Made by a program: the position numbers and the translations under genes. The notes below the pieces were generated by a model. The model searched no databases. It worked only from the letters and a program-made list of their open reading frames with translations, and had not been told where the DNA came from. A DNA stretch of 63,885 bases, counting the filler, from Octopus bimaculoides (Eukaryota), in assembly GCF_001194135.2 (NCBI RefSeq). It is 5 parts of 3 records of this genome, joined end to end, with 100 filler letters (N's around TTAATTAATTAA, not from the genome) between each part and the next. Parts side by side here need not be neighbours in the genome. Positions count along the whole stretch, not along the records: positions 1 to 14,459 come from NC_068986.1; positions 14,560 to 39,726 come from NC_068986.1; 3 more parts are not named here. One strand, 5' to 3'. Every line of letters starts with the position of its first letter. Positions within the stretch are counted from its first letter, which is position 1. Shown here in pieces: positions 11,060 through 25,512 of this stretch.

Positions 11060-11435
11060 AGTCTCCTGATAAAACTAATGTAACTCCTATAGATTTATTG
11101 TTGCTTCTTGTGTCCTATAAGGTCTTATCAAGAGCTTCTCTTGAACCTCTATTTGACATAGTGTATTTATCCCAAATGATCGGGTGGCATTGGCTCAACA
11201 CTTCTGCTGAACATGAATCTATGCTTATCTTACAAATTAGACTGTCATTTGTGACCAGATTTAGCGGTAATTTAACAGCAGAATGAGCAATTCGTTCTCG
11301 TGAGGGAATGGTGGCAGTAAAGCCAGACAATACGACAGCAACTGCAATTCTTTTATGTTGCCTTACATTGAAGTAAAGCAATGTTGTTACAAATGTTTTA
11401 CCTGCGACACCAGGAGCATCAAGAAAATTCCTCCA
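11060..11435 (-). pseudogene. Helitron Pif1-family helicase fragment
   Basis: FLDAPGVAGKTF (Walker A), RIAHSAVKLPLNL, IIWDKYTM (motif II, normally IWDExxM), EALDKTL and LSGDF (motif III). Confidence 0.85.
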
Positions 11436-12513
11436 CCTTTTTTTCTGGCGATTGTGAAATACCCTACGCACGTACACACACGCGCGCAACACACACACGC
11501 ATACATAAATAAGCACACAACCTTTTTGTATGTATGTGTGCATGTGTGTGCGTGTATGTGTGTGACAGAGAGAGAAAGTGAATGCCACTTAAACACTATT
11601 CTCTCTCTCTCACACGCACCCGCACACATAAATACTAAAAAGATGTATGTATATGTATTTATGTATGTACGTATACATGACAACACACCCCTTCACTCAC
11701 TGTCTTACACACACACATTCACACACACACGCACACAAAGGCACACATACAGAAATGTATACAAACGTACATAGAAAAACACACAAGTGTGCGTGTGTGA
11801 CTGACAACAAGAACATAGAGCTGAACCCGGCGCGGAAAAATAAATAAATAAAACAATTTTACGGAAATTATCGAAATGTGTGTGTTCAAGCAAAAGAATG
11901 CCCATACTTTTTTTGGACGCTCCGTGCTGAATTTTAAAATCCTAATGTGATATTTGTTTAATAACGAAATCAAATCTGGNNNNNNNNNNNNNNNNNNNNN
12001 NNNNNNNNNNNNNNNNNNNNNNNNNNNNNNNNNNNNNNNNNNNNNNNNNNNNNNNNNNNNNNNNNNNNNNNNNNNNNNNNNNNNNNNNNNNNNNNNNNNN
12101 NNNNNNNNNNNNNNNNNNNNNNNNNNNNNNNNNNNNNNNNNNNNNNNNNNNNNNNNNNNNNNNNNNNNNNNNNNNNNNNNNNNNNNNNNNNNNNNNNNCA
12201 CTTTAAAAACTTAATATCTTGTACGGAATATTTAAATTTCTGAACTTAGTAAATATTTCTTTCACTGATTTATCGAAGTTGTTTACAAATAGCAACTTAA
12301 AACTTGAAATGAAAATATTTAACATTAATACCGGAAGTTAACATTGAGAACCCATATTAAAGAAGTGAATCATAAATATAAAGCAATATTATTTATTTTT
12401 AATTAAAAAAAATAAACTGATGACCCTATTACGTATCCGAGGTCAAATTATCCATGCATCCCAAGTACGGAAGCAACTCGCGTAGTGATTTTCGATAGAA
12501 AAGCGAACACACA

Positions 12514-12592
<79 letters not shown>

Positions 12593-12822
12593 GCACACGC
12601 ACACACACATACACACACAGAAGTCTATTTTATTATATATAGTCAATGTATCATATATCTGAAAAAGAAGCTTAGTCTAAACATAGAGCAGTAATGTATC
12701 TATATGTAGTCCGGTCATATGTCCGGTTATAGAGTGACCAATGGTTTCGCATCCACGAAGAGCTTAGAAACATAAACTCACAAGCTGTAGCGATAGACAG
12801 ACAGATAGACAGACAGACAGAC

Positions 12823-12882
<60 letters not shown>

Positions 12883-13457
12883 TTTTATATTTACATGTGA
12901 TGTCATTCAAAATATAACTGTTATCTCAGCACATGTGACAGAATATATCAGCCAAATACAAAGCCGTTTACAAAAACATTTATACAGTAGTATGTACCAT
13001 AATTACTTTCTTTAGGGGAGTATATCTTTTCTTCTCATCGCGATAACAGATAATAATGTGATAGACGGAATATTTTATTAGAATTACAGACGTTATCTAG
13101 GGACCAAATTTTTATATCTCCATCAGTATTGTGAGTCTAGAAACAAATTCTTTGGAGCCGATTCTCATTAGCAATTTCAGATTTGTGGTAGTTTTTCTAC
13201 TGATCATTGCATCTTAACAAAGCAATCACTATCTTACAAATATTCTGCTAATTACAGCAGTAACGTGAACTTAAACCATCTATACAATTATTTGTGTGTC
13301 ATTCCGAGATACTTAAAAGTGCCGTAAACAGCAAAACATTGTTAACGTAAATTCTTCAATGAGGAAGAGTACATAAACTTTACAGCTAAATTCGTGATTC
13401 CATGTAAACTGAACTTCGGACATTGACATGAACATACACGCACACGCACACGCACTC

Positions 13458-13514
<57 letters not shown>

Positions 13515-13571
13515 NNNNNNNNNNNNNNNNNNNNNNNNNNNNNNNNNNNNNNNNNNNNNNNNNNNNNNNNN

Positions 13572-13610
<39 letters not shown>

Positions 13611-14113
13611 AACATACACGAACTTTCAAAGCTGTGTTAGATAACAATCCGATCATGTAACCCTGCACTCATCAGAGATAGCGCGAAACCGATTGGTAAG
13701 ATCAGCTGTAATGAATATATAATTCTGTACATTTCGGATAATATACCTCTCTATTTACAGATATATGAGTGCACTTTTTCCTGACTTAAGGACTCTTGGA
13801 CGACTTATACACACACACACATATATATATATATAGACAGAGAGAGGGGAGAAGGAGAGAGGGGGAGAGAGAGTAACAAAATTTCCTTGAAATGCTTTTC
13901 CCCACGTGATAAAAGAAGGAAAAGACACCATACTGAATCATTTACAATCAAACCCTCATACAAGCAGCATTGACTAAAGTTTCTTAGATAAACACGAAAT
14001 CGCAATATTTTCACCAATTTCAATGTTATGATTAGCGAAACCAGTCGACTAACATAATATTCTATTATTTAAAAAATATTAAAAATATATAAAACGTGTG
14101 CAGTTTCCTTCAT

Positions 14114-14147
<34 letters not shown>

Positions 14148-14318
14148 TGATATACATACATACATATATACATACATACATACATACATACAATCATACA
14201 TACATGCATACATACATACGTACATGCACATATATATATATATATACATACATACATACATACATACATACATACATACATGATGGATACATACATTCAT
14301 AAACTAAGGGCAGTGATT

Positions 14319-14386
<68 letters not shown>

Positions 14387-14503
14387 TGTTTCTTTATTAG
14401 CCACACAGGGCTCAACATAGAGGGGACAAAATACAAATGTAGAGTTTTTCTTTTCGAGGNNNNNNNNNNNNNNNNNNNNNNNNNNNNNNNNNNNNNNNNN
14501 NNN

Positions 14504-14515
14504 TTAATTAATTAA
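14504..14515. other. Scaffolding spacer TTAATTAATTAA (also 39771-39782, 55095-55106, 60466-60477)
   Basis: The same 12-mer sits in the middle of ~100-bp N blocks four times. Confidence 0.9.
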
Positions 14516-16027
14516 NNNNNNNNNNNNNNNNNNNNNNNNNNNNNNNNNNNNNNNNNNNNAAGCTGAACAAAACGACGCTAAGTATTTTGTCCGACGTGCT
14601 TACGATTCTGCCATCTATAACTATAGCAACAACAATAACAATAACGGCCAGAATAATAATTACAAAAAGCGAAACATTCAACGAGTGAACACCGTGAAAT
14701 GTTTAATACAGATCACCGGAATAAGTCTAAAAGTAAACAACAGGCGAAGTTTAACTTGATAAATCGCTAACCTACTTCTACGTAATTATCTTTCATAGAT
14801 TAAATACCAATGAATATAGCCGTAAAAATCTATGAAAAAAAAAAACTTTCTGGCTTGAGTCATTTAATGATATTTCATCTGTGTGAAGATATATTTTCGT
14901 AGAAGATATTTTCACAATCAAAATTTATTCATAATTATTTTATATAATTAATGTATTTGAAATGTTCGTATTGGTCAACGATCGGTTACTATGTATCCGA
15001 TACTACATATAAAGTAACTAGCGAAGCATGCATCGTATTACTTTCAGACGCATTCAGTCTACAAAACACAAAATATGACAAACAGGGAAATAGAACCTGG
15101 GTCATCTACACGAAGATTAAAAGAAGACTTCATGCTTTGATTTTGAGGCACAAAAAATATGAAAAATGGAGTCTACAAAACTTGGCATCGTCAGAAACAA
15201 ATGTATTGGTTCCCTACAAGCGTACAGAGCGTCTCTTTATTCTTCACATCTTGTAAGTAAAATTGAAATGGCATAAATAGGAACTCGATACTCTCGTATA
15301 AAATTCTGTGATAAAATAACTCTCATCACAAAGTAATTTTCCATCACAACACATTAGCGAAAGTAAAGGATGTATTCTGAAAGCAAAAAGGAAAAACAGG
15401 AAAAAAAAAAAGCTACTACAAATAAAGGTAAATATGAAGATAACTAAACACTTAAATGAAAGAGTACAAAACGTAAGCACAAAAATAATTTCTGAAATAC
15501 TGCGAACGTAAATAACGAAGAAATGTTTAACAGGTTAAAATCAAAGTATATAAGAAAACAAACAGATTACAAACCCTTAAATACCTACAGAATACTGACC
15601 AAGAAAAACAGTACCAGAACAAGAAACAATGATATAAATTTAAAGAAATATACAGAAGTTATAAGAACAGGAAATTCCAAAGTAGGAAATCATGACTATT
15701 ATGATAATCTAATTGTGCACTAATTTCTTCTTGTAATTCCTGTGGTAGCAAGCATGCTTCTTAGAAAGGAAAGTGAACGCTCCCTCAGATCTGCGCACAT
15801 AGGCACATCAAAACGGTAATAAACTAGATAGAAAAAAAAACACACAAAAATAGATCGAAAATGAAGGAAGTTTTCTGAAGCCTAAATCTAAAAACTAAAT
15901 CAATAAAACACACAATTGGAAAACTACGATAGTAATATAGCAAAACGAAAAACTTGAGATCAAAGAACGTATGAAACAAGAGATCCTTACTAAATCGCAA
16001 AGAATACACGAACGAAAACAGTTCTCT

Positions 16028-16450
16028 AAGCAAAACAAATTATCCCACTTTAATCCTAAACGATTTTATCAAGAACTAGAAAAAGAAAAGAAATAAAGAA
16101 GAAATCACAGCAACACCAACAAAAGTGGAATAATACAGAGGTACAGCCAAGAGATCATCACAGACAAATTTGTACAAAACAAGAATGAAACAAACAAAAA
16201 GAAACAGTATTTGTGGAGGCCATAACAAGAATCAGCCTTGTAGCTACGTAAACCAAAGTTAAAGACTCTAGAAAATAAAAAAAGTAAAAGTACTAAACTT
16301 TTGATCAAAATACTTAGCGTGAACACGAAAGGTGCCTGCAAAATAACCGGGAGTAAATACCTGACTGTCTCACAAAAATCATAATATTCACCATGACTAA
16401 AAAACTGCAAATCCTAAATAAATACCCATAACTTGTTCTCCTACTGCTCT
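16028..16450 (+). pseudogene. Highly degenerate R4-like non-LTR retrotransposon, pre-RT region
   Basis: KQNKLSHFNPKRFYQEL and KTANPK*IPITC resemble the NxLFxxNPKxFYxxL and PxNYRPITCL motifs. The A-rich relic probably extends up to about 15000. Confidence 0.5.
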
Positions 16451-16879
16451 AAATTATGCACAACATATAAGAATAGCGTTGCTTGGCAGAGCAATGTTAT
16501 TACATGTAGTACATTTAGTGCAAGAGAAAAACCAAAACAACATAATACAGGATATATCCAATGTACACAGGACTGCGTTCCCTATTCAGTATTACGATAG
16601 AAACAGACAATAACAGTTAGATCACAGTAGTAGTAATAGTAGTCCTTTCTATTATATGAACAAGAAAATGTGACTTGTCGATTACATAGACACCAGTGTT
16701 CGGCTAGTACATGTTTTTATCGGCCCAGAAAAGATGCAAGGCGATGGCGACCTCGGAGGAATTGAAATTTGCCGAATAGAATGCTGCTAAGCACTTTCAC
16801 CAGCATGATAACGATTCTAGCATTTCGTCACATTAATGATGAAGATGATAATGGTGGTGGTGTAGTGGTGATAATAATA

Positions 16880-17070
16880 ATAATCCTTTCTACTATGGGC
16901 ACAAGGCCTGAAATTTCGCGAAGGGGACTAGTCGATTACATCAAACCCTTATCGGCCCCGAAAGGATGAAAGGCAAAGTCGACCTCTGCGGACGTTAAAC
17001 TCAGAACGAAGTGACGGACAACGATTCTGCTACCTCACCGGCGTGCTAACGATTCTGCTACCTCACCGCC
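16880..17070 (-). mobile_element. SINE-like family B
   Basis: Reverse-complement match to the 10893 and 50350 copies; an older copy lies at about 16675-16825. Confidence 0.75.
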
Positions 17071-17399
17071 TTACATCATCATGATAATAATGAATTGTAA
17101 TAATTCTTTCTGGGAACTTGGACCCTAAACATTTAATTTCATATGTGTGGATTGTCTTCATTCTTTTAGCGATATGAGAGATGCTGTGTTTATTAGATAG
17201 TGTACTATTTGTGCTACTCTTAGGTCGTTACGCTTCAACCAGAGTTAATACAGTCTGATTCAAAGACAGAACTCATAACTGCTAGCTTAAATATATTTAA
17301 CACTTAACGCTTTATTCACCATTTCATTGTCTTGTAGGGTAACACGGTAGTGGAGATTAATAGCTTTAAGCGCAACTTTTTTTTTAACTGGGCAACAAA

Positions 17400-17850
17400 A
17401 TTTTCACAGAAAACTATATAAAAAAATTAAAACTACGCACATCAGAAAATAGTAATACAGAAAAAAATTTGGAAGATTTCCAATCTCAGAAAAAAATTTG
17501 GAAGATTTCCAATCTCAACCGAGCAAAGCCTCCATCAGAAGAGAACACCATCTAAAGTTATGTATATTCCATACCATGTAATTGTAACAAACAATATGAA
17601 GTTAACATCAGCTGTCTCTTAGAAGTAAACCTAGATGGTTACCGTAAAGCTGTTATCCGAAAGAAGACAGAAGAATCATGCGTGGATGATCGTTTATGGG
17701 AGATATTGCGCAACAACATCAAGATAGTACAGAGGGAACAATACTGGGTGACAGAAAAATTCGGCTCAAATGTTGGGTTATGATAGCCTTCACAGGCTTA
17801 CCATATAGATGATCAGAATTATTTATGAATGAAAGATCAACAGTTTAAGA
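17400..17850 (+). pseudogene. Penelope-like element GIY-YIG endonuclease relic
   Basis: The frame from 17562 reads VYSIPCNCNKQYEVNISCLLEVNLDGYRKAVIR...IKIVQREQYW, matching the PLE pattern VYxIPCxCxxxYxG...RxxEHRKA. Contains a ~29-bp tandem duplication near 17457-17516. Confidence 0.7.
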
Positions 17851-18016
17851 CCATAGGTTTAAAACTCTAAATATCCATTACCTCATTATCCTATGGGATC
17901 ATATGTATATGGCTGCGTCGTTGTCTATGTGTCTGTCTCCCACACCGTTTGGCCAAGGTGATTGTCTGTTTAAGTCCCTATAAAACAGCGGCTCAGCAAA
18001 TGAGACNNNNNNNNNN

Positions 18017-18087
<71 letters not shown>

Positions 18088-19809
18088 CAGTGTCACCACA
18101 ATATTTATACTGCAGTGCCTGAAGTCTTTGACGTTCAATTGAAAATTAACAGTATCTTCATATTGGCTTCCCTAAAAATTAAAGCAAAAGCACACTAGGA
18201 AATATAAAATAAGCTCCTGTTCAATGCTTACCCCTGTGACTTTAATCAATATTCTGATATCTGCATAGTAAAATCGTAAACGAAAGAAACGGGAAGAATG
18301 ATTTACGGTATATAATATTAAATGCAGTTTGTGGTAAATTCCGCTGTCAAATTGTGACCATTAGGTACAAAGTTCTCATATTATATACATATTATACTAT
18401 ATACATACACTTACTGATATATTCGTACAAGTGTCCTCATCTTAGTTGTAACACTCAGAACATTTTGACTCTTGTTCAGTGTCTGTCGTATTAAGTAATT
18501 TGGAATTTGGAACTGAAAACGTTATTAATTCCACGAAAGTGTTCTGACTTGGTCCATAGCAGTTTTCCTCAATATCAATTGTTTTTCTACTTTTGACGTA
18601 GCTTGCTCGTTCCATTTGAACCACGTAACTCACATACATATCGACAGGTCTAGGGACTGAACTAATACCTAACAGGTAAATTATCGCACGTCATACTTAA
18701 CCATCGCTAATGTATCCATTACTTAACCAACGTTTATATTCAGTTTCCTCACTCACCCGTAGAACAATTAAATAACTGAAATTAATAGCGTTAAACCAGA
18801 TTTTAAATTCAATTATTGGTTGTTGACTTATTTCCTTTGTAAATTAAAGACACCCGCTTGCATTCATCTAAATCATCAAAGCCCATCACACTCAAATGAC
18901 CTGCGTTTCATTTAATATCAGGGCAGTGTTGAAAAACAGGTCTCCTCATTGGAGACACTTCTTCCCAATAACGCAACCACCAGAGAAGAAAACGGTAGAG
19001 GACTACATTGGAAAGACATGCGTTAGAAGCATTTTTATTCAGCCTATTTGGCCCTGCTCATTTAGCATTGGATGCTTTGACTCTGAAACATTTACTACTG
19101 AAAAAAAATATTTTCATTCTTCATAATAACTTCATTAGGAGCATTGATTATAGTTACTAAATGAAGAGCTGAATAAAGATATATTTTCGCTAAATCAGCT
19201 TAGTAATCACATCTGTCGTTAATAACAAACTTTCGCTCTGTAGTTGTGTTACATAAAGGGAGACAATCATCTCCAATTAAACTATTATGTTGTTCTCTCT
19301 GTGTGTTTTTCCTTCGTGTTCTATGTGGTGCGGGGACATGTTTCTGTAAATCCGGTCGATGTATTTCAATATTTTTCTCTTTCCATTTTCTCTCTATATG
19401 TGTATGTGATTTCCTTTATGAATGAGATTTTAATATTTCTATTTGCTCCAACTCCACTCTCTGTCCCTCTCTCTCTCTCTCTCTCTTTTTCTCTCTCAAT
19501 GTACGTCTGTGCATGTATATTTTTTCATGTATTAACATTTTAAAAATTCTCACTTTCTCTTTCTGTATGCGTGTCTTTTAGGGTGGCGCGTATGTGTGTG
19601 TGTGTGTGTGAGCTTTCAACACCAACAAAACATGTTTAGCAACCAGAGTGACGTGCCAAGAAGCCTAAGTGTCTCATTTCGTTGACATACTATCAATTTC
19701 CACGGCAAAGGACACATAGATACAGTTGTGAACTCTGTATGATTATATTTCATTTAAGAAGAGTAAAAAAAATCGTAATTGTAGGCCCCTTAAATATTAA
19801 GCTTATCAC

Positions 19810-20072
19810 GTGATCGCTGGTTACAATTCACTTTGCATCATTTTAACTTTCGATCGATGGTACCCCGCTGACAAGGCGAGCAGGCCAACATTTTCCCAGG
19901 TCGGCAGGCTACTATTCCGCAGGTAAGGTTACTAATTTGTAGCTGAGTTGACTGAAACACCGTGAAATGAAGTGTTTTGCTCAAGAACGCAATGCGCCGC
20001 TCGGCCTTGGAATCGAACCCACAACCTAGCGATCAGGAGTGCAATACTCTAACCACTAGTTCACGCGCCTTC
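19810..20072 (-). mobile_element. tRNA-derived SINE, family C
   Basis: Minus-strand head GGCGCGTGAACTAGTGGTTAGAG...GGGTTCGATTCC, then a TTCTTGAGCAAAACACTT central domain shared with 50035-50290. Confidence 0.7.
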
Positions 20073-21279
20073 AGTTTAAGCTTGTTACAAACACTTAACA
20101 TAGTCAGTTGCATTAATGAGAGTACTTGAAATGTAGTCAATGAGTAGGCCTCTCATTAGAGCTGATCTGACTATGACCATAACGCATTGTGCTTTGAAAA
20201 CCAGTTTTCGAAGCGTCTTTCCTTTTTAGAAGTCGCTAAGATCTGATTTGCGGAATATTTCGCTGCTGTTTCTATCAGGTTAAGCAACCGCAAAGATCCA
20301 TCTGATTTTACACATTTGAGCATGGTGTTCTGAAAAGGCAGATAAGAAGCTGATAGGAAACAAATGTATGTCCAGTTATTTTTCAGTTTCAAGGTTATAT
20401 TTTAACTTCTCCGATTCCATCGGCGATAAGGTTTTCCACTGATACGATACAAGACAAGCGTTTATACTGTAAAAGATTATTTTTTGTGGATGCTATATTT
20501 TAAGTGCTGTAGTGTACAAGTGAAGCTAATTGCCTAATTCAAATCAATTACCCGAATTAGCAGCTCGTTAGCGCTCACCGCACCATCTCGGAAATATTTT
20601 TTTAGAGAGGAATATGGCCAACTTTTGCATGGGATTTATAGTTGAATGAATTTACCATATTGCATTGTGAGTATTTATTTTGTTTATTCTGTTGGCTCCC
20701 CATGCATGAAAGGAAAATTCGACACCGGTTGGAATAAACTAATAGCGCAGAATGACAATTCTAAAGGCTATAAAACATTTAATCACCGGCATCTAATCTT
20801 TCACTCTATAGTATTGCCTATAGACAGTCATTCGATTGTGAGAATATTGATTTCTAACATGGAAACACGGTAAGAAGTTCGAAGCAGTACACAGTCGATT
20901 AGATTGATGTCAGTATATTATTGGTTTTTGTTTCATCTACCCTGAAGTTATGTCGACCTCATTAGGATTTGCTCTCAGAATATAAAGAATATAAGCTGTA
21001 CACCCCAAGCTATTTATTCGTCGCTTTTCATATTTTATTAACCCACCATTAATTAGTATGAAAACTTGGACTTCTAACATTGGTACAATGCTTAAAATCT
21101 CAGTGACTTATAAATATTTGGATTTAGAACCAAAGTCCTTGACTGGCACGTATTTTAGTGTTCCAGTTGTATAAAACGCCAACTTGACCTCAAAGTATTC
21201 GAAATCAGAACGGAAGAAGTCGCCACTAAATATTTTCTTCGACGCTAATTTAGCTTTGAAATAAAGTTAAAATATTGGC

Positions 21280-21480
21280 TTCAAATTTTGGCACAAGGCC
21301 AGAAATTTGGAGTGTAGGTGTAAGTTGATTACATCGACCGAAGGGCTAAACTGGTATTTATTTTATCGACCCAGAAAGGAATGAAAAGCAAAGTCGGCCT
21401 CAGAATATGATCTCAGAAACTAAGGACGAACGAAACGCCGCTAGGAATTGTGCCCGTTGTGCTAACCATTCTGCTAGTCG
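21280..21480 (-). mobile_element. SINE-like family B
   Basis: Reverse-complement match to family B; a more degraded copy lies at about 21080-21250. Confidence 0.65.
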
Positions 21481-22822
21481 CAGCCATAGAATTAAAATTA
21501 GAATATTAGCAATACCATGAATACGAAATGTCACTCATTCTGTTACTGTTTTGCCATATTTTCTTTATGCAGTAATTGCGTACAAACATATTAGTTTAAT
21601 GATGCATACTAATCATTGACGAGTTGAATATCTCACACGTGAATAATAATATTCAATGAAACGAACAAACATGTTTTTAAACAATTCATTATATTTCATT
21701 ATTTTTTACTTTATGTTAAACATTCCATAGCAGAAATAAATAAATAGAGAGGAGTATAACAATATTTGATTAATAATATTATTGTTTGATGTGTTAGTTA
21801 CATGCAATATTAAAGACATCAGTTCCACATGTTGGTTCGTTACTTAAATTCTTCAATCAAAGGTTCAAACACAATGTCGTGTCTTTAACAGTTGATGTTT
21901 CGAAGAAAGAAAGGCAAACAGGTCAGCTTCATTAAAAGATCGGCTGTGATAAGGTGTTCACAAATCAATGAACTAGTCGCAATTTAGATCAAACTTACGA
22001 CTAGACAGATATTATGCTTGTAAAGTTTGCACCAAAGCTGAGAATTATATTGAGTTAATGCAGATATGTATATATGATGCACACACACACATACATACAT
22101 ACATACACACACATACATACATATATACAAACATACACTTCTCTTATTCTTTTACTTGTTTCAATCATTTGACTGCGGCCAGGCTATGTTGGGGCACCGC
22201 ACACATATACACGCACACGCACACATACATGCATACACATATTGTCTTTTACTGATTCTGGAAGTTTGCCTCACGTCGTGAGTTTCACACCATTGCGATT
22301 TAATTTAAATGAAAACCATATTCTCTGCAACATACGATACTAAGCAACACATATATATAGATACACATACATGGAGGACTCCCCCCCCCGTTGAGTCTAG
22401 TGCATGAGCAACCATTTTCTTCTTGAACAACTAAACAGACATACCCCTTGAATTAATGCAAAGTATGTCCTAACGTAACACAGTTCCTTTCAAACATAGT
22501 AAGACACATCGAATGGTTTTCTTCACAGCTTTCACTTAAAAGTCTTGGATCGATGCGAGGCTNNNNNNNNNNNNNNNNNNNNNNNNNNNNNNNNNNNNNN
22601 NNNNNNNNNNNNNNNNNNNNNNNNNNNNNNNNNNNNNNNNNNNNNNNNNNNNNNNNNNNNNNNNNNNNNNNNNNNNNNNNNNNNNNNNNNNNNNNNNNNN
22701 NNNNNNNNNNNNNNNNNNNNNNNNNNNNNNNNNNNNNNNNNNNNNNNNNNNNNNNNNNNNNNNNNNNNNNNNNNNNNNNNNNNNNNNNNNNNNNNNNNNN
22801 NNNNNNNNNNNNNNNNNNNNNN

Positions 22823-22854
<32 letters not shown>

Positions 22855-24604
22855 TTTCATATATGCTTGGTGCATATACAGACGCGTATAAAAATATATC
22901 TCATATATGTGTATGCATGCATTCGTATATGTATGTATGTATTTATGCATGTGACCGATCGCGCGCACGTGAGTGCTTGTGTATGCTAGTACATGTATGT
23001 GTGTGTGCTCATATCTTACGACTGGGTACCTTCTTGCTGAACATTTGCAATTCTTATAAAATCCTCTCTGTTATTAGTCTTGTACATATGACTCGAAAAT
23101 ATATTCTATTTAATCTTCAGATGTCGTTAGGTGATAGTTTTTATTAGTCTCAATCTATATGAGTGCATCTTTTGTGCAGTCTCGAGGTTAACATAAAAGC
23201 TTTATATTTCAGCGGAAATGATAAGATTTCAGTCATTATTATGACAGGATCTCAGTACTTTTTTGTGAATCTGAATAAAATGTCTGAAAGTAATTACGAT
23301 ATAGTTGTTATTATTACATCTGCTACAATATAAAATTGTTATTATTACATCTGTTGCTTAGGTATATCAGAGAGAAATTTTTCCTTTGGCACGAGTTCAC
23401 ACAGTCATAAGGAGAAGTTACACAGTGGGCAAACCAATAGATATGGATATCATGACCTGTGAAAGAATAAAAGGCAAAATTGACTCCTAAGAGGATTTAA
23501 ACTCAGAATAATCGAGATGAAAGTAAATATCTCAAGTTATTTTGTTCAGTGTCTAAAACGGAAGTACTAGACTACACATTTCGAAGGATGATACAGTTTA
23601 GTGCATTATTTACTTCAGAAAATTATGGTTAAATTTTAGAAATTTCTATTAGGGATTTTGTATTCAATATTGGTTCGGAGGAGTGGATAAGTCGATTATA
23701 TCTACCCCAGTGTTCAACTGTTGCCTATTTATCGAGCAAAGATGAAAGGCAAAATCGACATCGGCGGAATTTGAACTCAGAACGTAAAGAAATAGCATAG
23801 CAGTAACTTGATGTACTAGGAAACGGTACTGTTTTAAAGTATATTATAAACTCAGGTACATATTCACGTCACCTTTTGAACCTGCAGATAGAAATGAAGA
23901 ATTAACAATAATTCTGCATTCCTGCCTGCAGTATTTTAATATACTTAACACGGAGAAGGCAGTGAGCGGTATTTCGTCCGTTTTTACGTTTTAAGTTACG
24001 TCCATTGGGCGTCCATCAGTTGAGAAATGGGGTTGATATAATCGACTATCATCCTTCCCCTCAACTGCAGGCCTTGCGCCAAAATTTGAATGCAATATAC
24101 TTAACATAGAAAAGGCGGCGAGATAGCATGGTAACTGTCGCAGTATTTTGAGTTCAAATAGAACATCCAGTTTTAACTTTGAACAATTATTATCCTTTGG
24201 TATTAATATTGCTTCTGTTGCTAATACTTATGTTTTAATAAGCACACCGGCTATTCGTGGCACCAGTGCCTGTTTAGATACTGTGGTTCTATGTATATCA
24301 CCAGCAGAGTTATCACTGTTTTGTCCAGCGTGTGGGCGTGTTCCATTATGATAACCCGGGAAACTCGAAATTTGGTGATCTGACAGTCTCGGCGGTGACG
24401 ATGGCAGGTGACTTATCTTACGCTAGCGATGTAAACAAGTGTACTTATATGCACCAAAAGTCAATATGAGTTTCTCTCGTGGTAACTACAGCAGTATTTT
24501 GTGTTCTTAAACAACACCCACTTTTAAGTAGGGACAAATATTAAGTTTTGGGATTGATGCTGCTTCTGTCACTAATTTAAATACATACATACTTACATGC
24601 ATAG

Positions 24605-25481
24605 GAAATATCAACCAAATACCTGATGCACAAAAGGGATAGAGATGCAGGAAAAGCAGTAAGATATGACAACCGATGCAGTTAACATCGATGTGGAGAT
24701 AACACCGAAGTTATCTCCCACATCATAAACAGTTGTCCGAAAATGTTTTCACGGTATTATCTACTGATGAGACATGATGTTGTTGCTAGGACACTCTATA
24801 ATGAAATCCGTCGGAATGATAACCCCGAGGACAAAGAAATAAGAACCCACAGTATGGTAGAAGCCATAGCCACTCATGATAAAAAGGAATACTGGTGGAA
24901 TGTCTCAATGAAGACCTCAATAAAATGTAAGCGCAACAGACCTGATATAATGATTTGGGATAGAGAAAAGAAACTATGTACAGTTGTGGAAATTAGCTGC
25001 CCAGCGCATATTATCATAAAGCTGAAGATCAGTGAAAAAGAGAATACCTACGCTGAACTGTTGAGAAATCTGCAGTTACTTCACATCCAGATTATAAGTT
25101 CAGGTTTATAGTTGTAATTTTTGGGGCCCTGAAATATGTAACACACTGCCTAAATACCAATCTTGAGAAATTAGGCTTCTCAAAACCAGAAAGGGGAAAG
25201 GTAATTCGAAGACCACAGATCCAATACATCATTGAAACTATAAAAATCTCCAGCCGTTTATCTTTTAGATATAACTGGGCATGTCTAGATATGTAACTAT
25301 ATGTATGAGAATATATAAATAAAACAAACCATACAAATTTGCACATATACATACATAGCTACATGCATTCATACAAAAATAATCTATTGTCGATGTGGAA
25401 ATTTTAATGGAGGAGTCTTAGATCTAGGTTAGAACCGGGTCTTTCTCTATTGGCAAGACATCTTGAAATTAAACTGAATAA

Positions 25482-25482
<1 letters not shown>
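24605..25482 (+). mobile_element. 5'-truncated R4/Dong-like (RLE-type) non-LTR retrotransposon, copy 1
   Basis: Degenerate CCHC knuckle (RCS*HRC...SHIINSCPK), RHDVVA, and PD-(D/E)xK nuclease RPDIMIWD...EISCP...KISEKENTY, followed by a 3' UTR and (TACA)n from 25483. Confidence 0.85.
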
Positions 25483-25512
<30 letters not shown>

